From Podarcis filfolensis (Eukaryota): a DNA stretch of 64,000 nucleotides. The translations under genes and the position numbers were made by a program. Below, piece after piece: positions 62,801-64,000 of the stretch (positions are counted from its first letter, which is position 1; each line of letters starts with the position of its first letter). The stretch lies in assembly GCA_964270895.1 (NCBI GenBank), contig OZ185444.1, one strand, 5' to 3'. The notes below the pieces were generated by a model that saw nothing but the letters and a program-made list of their open reading frames with translations, had not been told where the DNA came from and searched no databases.

Positions 62801-64000
62801 GCTGGATTAGACTGAGAAACTGGTTCAGAAACAAAAGGTTTACAGGATCAGGCAAAAGCCTATTGGTCCCTTTTTCCCACCTGATTTGTGCTAAGCTGCA
62901 ATACCACCCTTTGGCCACATGTAGCAGTGTCACTGTAATGCAGTAGTTTGGCAATTTACCACAGTGGTGCAGAGAGTAAGCTACTTGTTTCCTGCTGCCA
63001 GAGATGCCAGCGCCCTACAGGAGAAAAGAAGGGAGCATTCTTCCATAGGCAGGTAGCAGCAGCAGCAGCTTAACACTGCCTTATGGTGCCTAGGTGTGGT
63101 ACAACTTGCCTCCCAGCCACTTCTTATGGGTCACAGGTGTTGCTATGATAAAAATGATGGTTTTCATTATTGTACACATGGACCCATGAGCTAAGAGAAA
63201 TAAAAACGTTCCATAATAAGTGATGAAAACTCTGCGGAGTGCGGAAAAAGAAGAGGGTTTAAAGCCCTATGTCATCTAGTGGAACATTTGATGCCAAGTG
63301 ATGCGACACACCTCTTTGGTAAAAGTGAGCAGAGTTCCCTAGCCAAATGTCTGGCCACTTTTCTGATTAGCTGACAAGTGGATGAAGACAGAAATGGAAG
63401 AGTGTGATGGTTGTTTAATTAACAATTAACTAAAAAAACACTTCTTAATCCTTGGAGACAGAGAAGAAAAAAGTACAAACCATGATGAATGTTGGCCTAG
63501 TAGACGACTGGATTTTATAGATTTTCCATTTTTAGAAGAAATATGGGAACCTCAGCAGATGACAGAAATAAGTTTATTGTAAGGGATGGCTGTAGCCTAG
63601 CTCATTTTGGATGGGGAAGGACCATAGGTGATTGTCAGAGCACCTGCCTTGCATGCAGAAGTTTTGAGGCTCAATCCCTAGTGTCTTCTTATGGGGTGGA
63701 AAAAGCTCCTTTCCGAAATCCTTAAGAGCTGCTGCCAGTCCGAGTAGACAATGCTAACTAGATGGATCAATAGTCTAAACTTGGCAGCTTCCTGTGTTCC
63801 AGTCCCATGAGATCACATAAAGTAGAATAGTCTCCAGAGAACTTGGGTTTAACTGGAGCCAGTGTTGACAGCAGTAGCTTTACGGTACCAGCTGGGAAAA
63901 TCAAGGCATATCTAATTTTTGCCCTGTTCTGTTGATTTCTCTGCATTTGCAGGGCGGAGGACAGACAAATCCATCAATAGTGAGACAGTCGTTTGGTGGT
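49594..64000 (+). CDS. Bifunctional pseudouridine-5'-phosphate glycosidase (PsuG/YeiN/IndA) + PfkB-family pseudouridine kinase (PsuK/YeiC); S. pombe C1861.05-like; 3' end beyond the window
   Basis: Eleven phase-compatible exons: 49594-49678, 51277-51391, 52847-53021, 53579-53690, 54985-55091, 56349-56475, 57415-57535, 57927-58012, 58259-58389, 61297-61356, 63953-64000. PsuG motifs [70 protein letters not shown], followed by the PfkB start [10 protein letters not shown]...TNP...RQSFGG. Confidence 0.92.
51277..51391 (+). CDS. PsuG-PsuK exon 2
   Basis: TTCTAG|..[39 protein letters not shown]|GTAGGC. Not in the ORF track. Confidence 0.92.
52847..53021 (+). CDS. PsuG-PsuK exon 3
   Basis: [30 protein letters not shown]...[13 protein letters not shown]|GTATTG. 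Confidence 0.93.
53105..53560 (-). mobile_element. CR1 LINE 3' fragment
   Basis: acataagaacatgagaagagcctgctggatcag is the reverse complement of the CR1 tail. Confidence 0.55.
53579..53690 (+). CDS. PsuG-PsuK exon 4
   Basis: [38 protein letters not shown]|GTAAGA. Confidence 0.93.
53771..53809. repeat. Compound (TG)n(AG)n microsatellite
   Basis: Seen directly. Confidence 0.9.
54985..55091 (+). CDS. PsuG-PsuK exon 5
   Basis: [35 protein letters not shown]|GTAAGG. Confidence 0.95.
56349..56475 (+). CDS. PsuG-PsuK exon 6
   Basis: [43 protein letters not shown]|GTGAGC. Confidence 0.93.
57415..57535 (+). CDS. PsuG-PsuK exon 7
   Basis: [41 protein letters not shown]|GTAAGC. Confidence 0.92.
57927..58012 (+). 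CDS. PsuG-PsuK exon 8
   Basis: [29 protein letters not shown]|GTATCCTTT. Confidence 0.92.
58259..58389 (+). CDS. PsuG-PsuK exon 9 (end of glycosidase domain and linker)
   Basis: ATCAG|[20 protein letters not shown]...SPVPRP|GTGAGT. Confidence 0.92.
59312..60630 (-). mobile_element. 5'-truncated L1-clade LINE (ORF2 C-terminus, 3' UTR, polyA) with 12-bp TSD
   Basis: Uninterrupted ORF with the Cys-rich knuckle CWKC...TFFHLWWTC and KPEAFLLG; T14 at 59312-59325; GGGAACCATCTC at 59300-59311 and 60631-60642. Confidence 0.9.
61297..61356 (+). CDS. PsuG-PsuK exon 10 (start of PfkB kinase domain)
   Basis: TTTCAG|[20 protein letters not shown]|GTAATT. Confidence 0.9.
61613..61748. mobile_element. hAT (Charlie-like) MITE, 136 bp, palindromic
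   Basis: TIR caggcataggcaaact/agtttgcctatgcctg; perfect 8-bp TSD atttatac. Confidence 0.9.
62048..62607. mobile_element. Tc2-type non-autonomous DNA transposon with an internal 109-bp tandem repeat
   Basis: TIR ccgtattttttgctctataggacgcac / gtgcgtcctatagggcgaaaaatacgg; TA TSD; repeat units start at 62175, 62284 and 62393. Confidence 0.85.
62690..62804. mobile_element. hAT MITE, 115 bp
   Basis: TIR agccttcaccaatctggtg/caccagattggtgaaggct; TSD gcttagac/gattagac (7 of 8). Confidence 0.8.
63953..64000 (+). CDS. PsuG-PsuK exon 11 (partial, cut by window end)
   Basis: TTGCAG|[16 protein letters not shown], leading into PfkB signature 1 (GG..N). Confidence 0.85.

Noticed and set aside
49594-64000. 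Bacterial contamination or recent horizontal transfer of psuG/psuK
   Set aside because: The gene has ten spliceosomal introns with consistent phases, full of squamate SINEs, LINEs and MITEs. A fused eukaryotic form is already known, so vertical inheritance is the simpler reading.

Overview
Vertebrate genomic DNA, squamate and probably a lacertid lizard (inferred from the SINE, L2 and MITE content). Four intron-containing genes could be assembled by hand from splice signals and exon phases. (1) The 5' part of SLC37A3 on the minus strand, with four coding exons and a CpG-island promoter at about 9.3-10.1 kb. (2) A complete RAB19 on the plus strand (215 aa). (3) MKRN1 on the minus strand, with 7 of the 8 expected coding exons visible; the exon that completes the RING domain is missing and probably lies in the 139-N gap. 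(4) Head-to-head with MKRN1, a plus-strand gene encoding a fused pseudouridine-5'-phosphate glycosidase (PsuG/YeiN/IndA) and PfkB-type pseudouridine kinase (PsuK/YeiC). Eleven coding exons (389 codons) of it are in the window and it runs off the right edge. This catabolic enzyme is reported absent from humans and other eutherians. Here it has intact catalytic motifs, a separate N-terminal organelle-targeting-like exon and a candidate U12-type intron. Introns contain L1, L2 and CR1 fragments, Sauria and other tRNA-derived SINEs, and hAT-, Tigger- and Tc2-type MITEs, several with intact target-site duplications.
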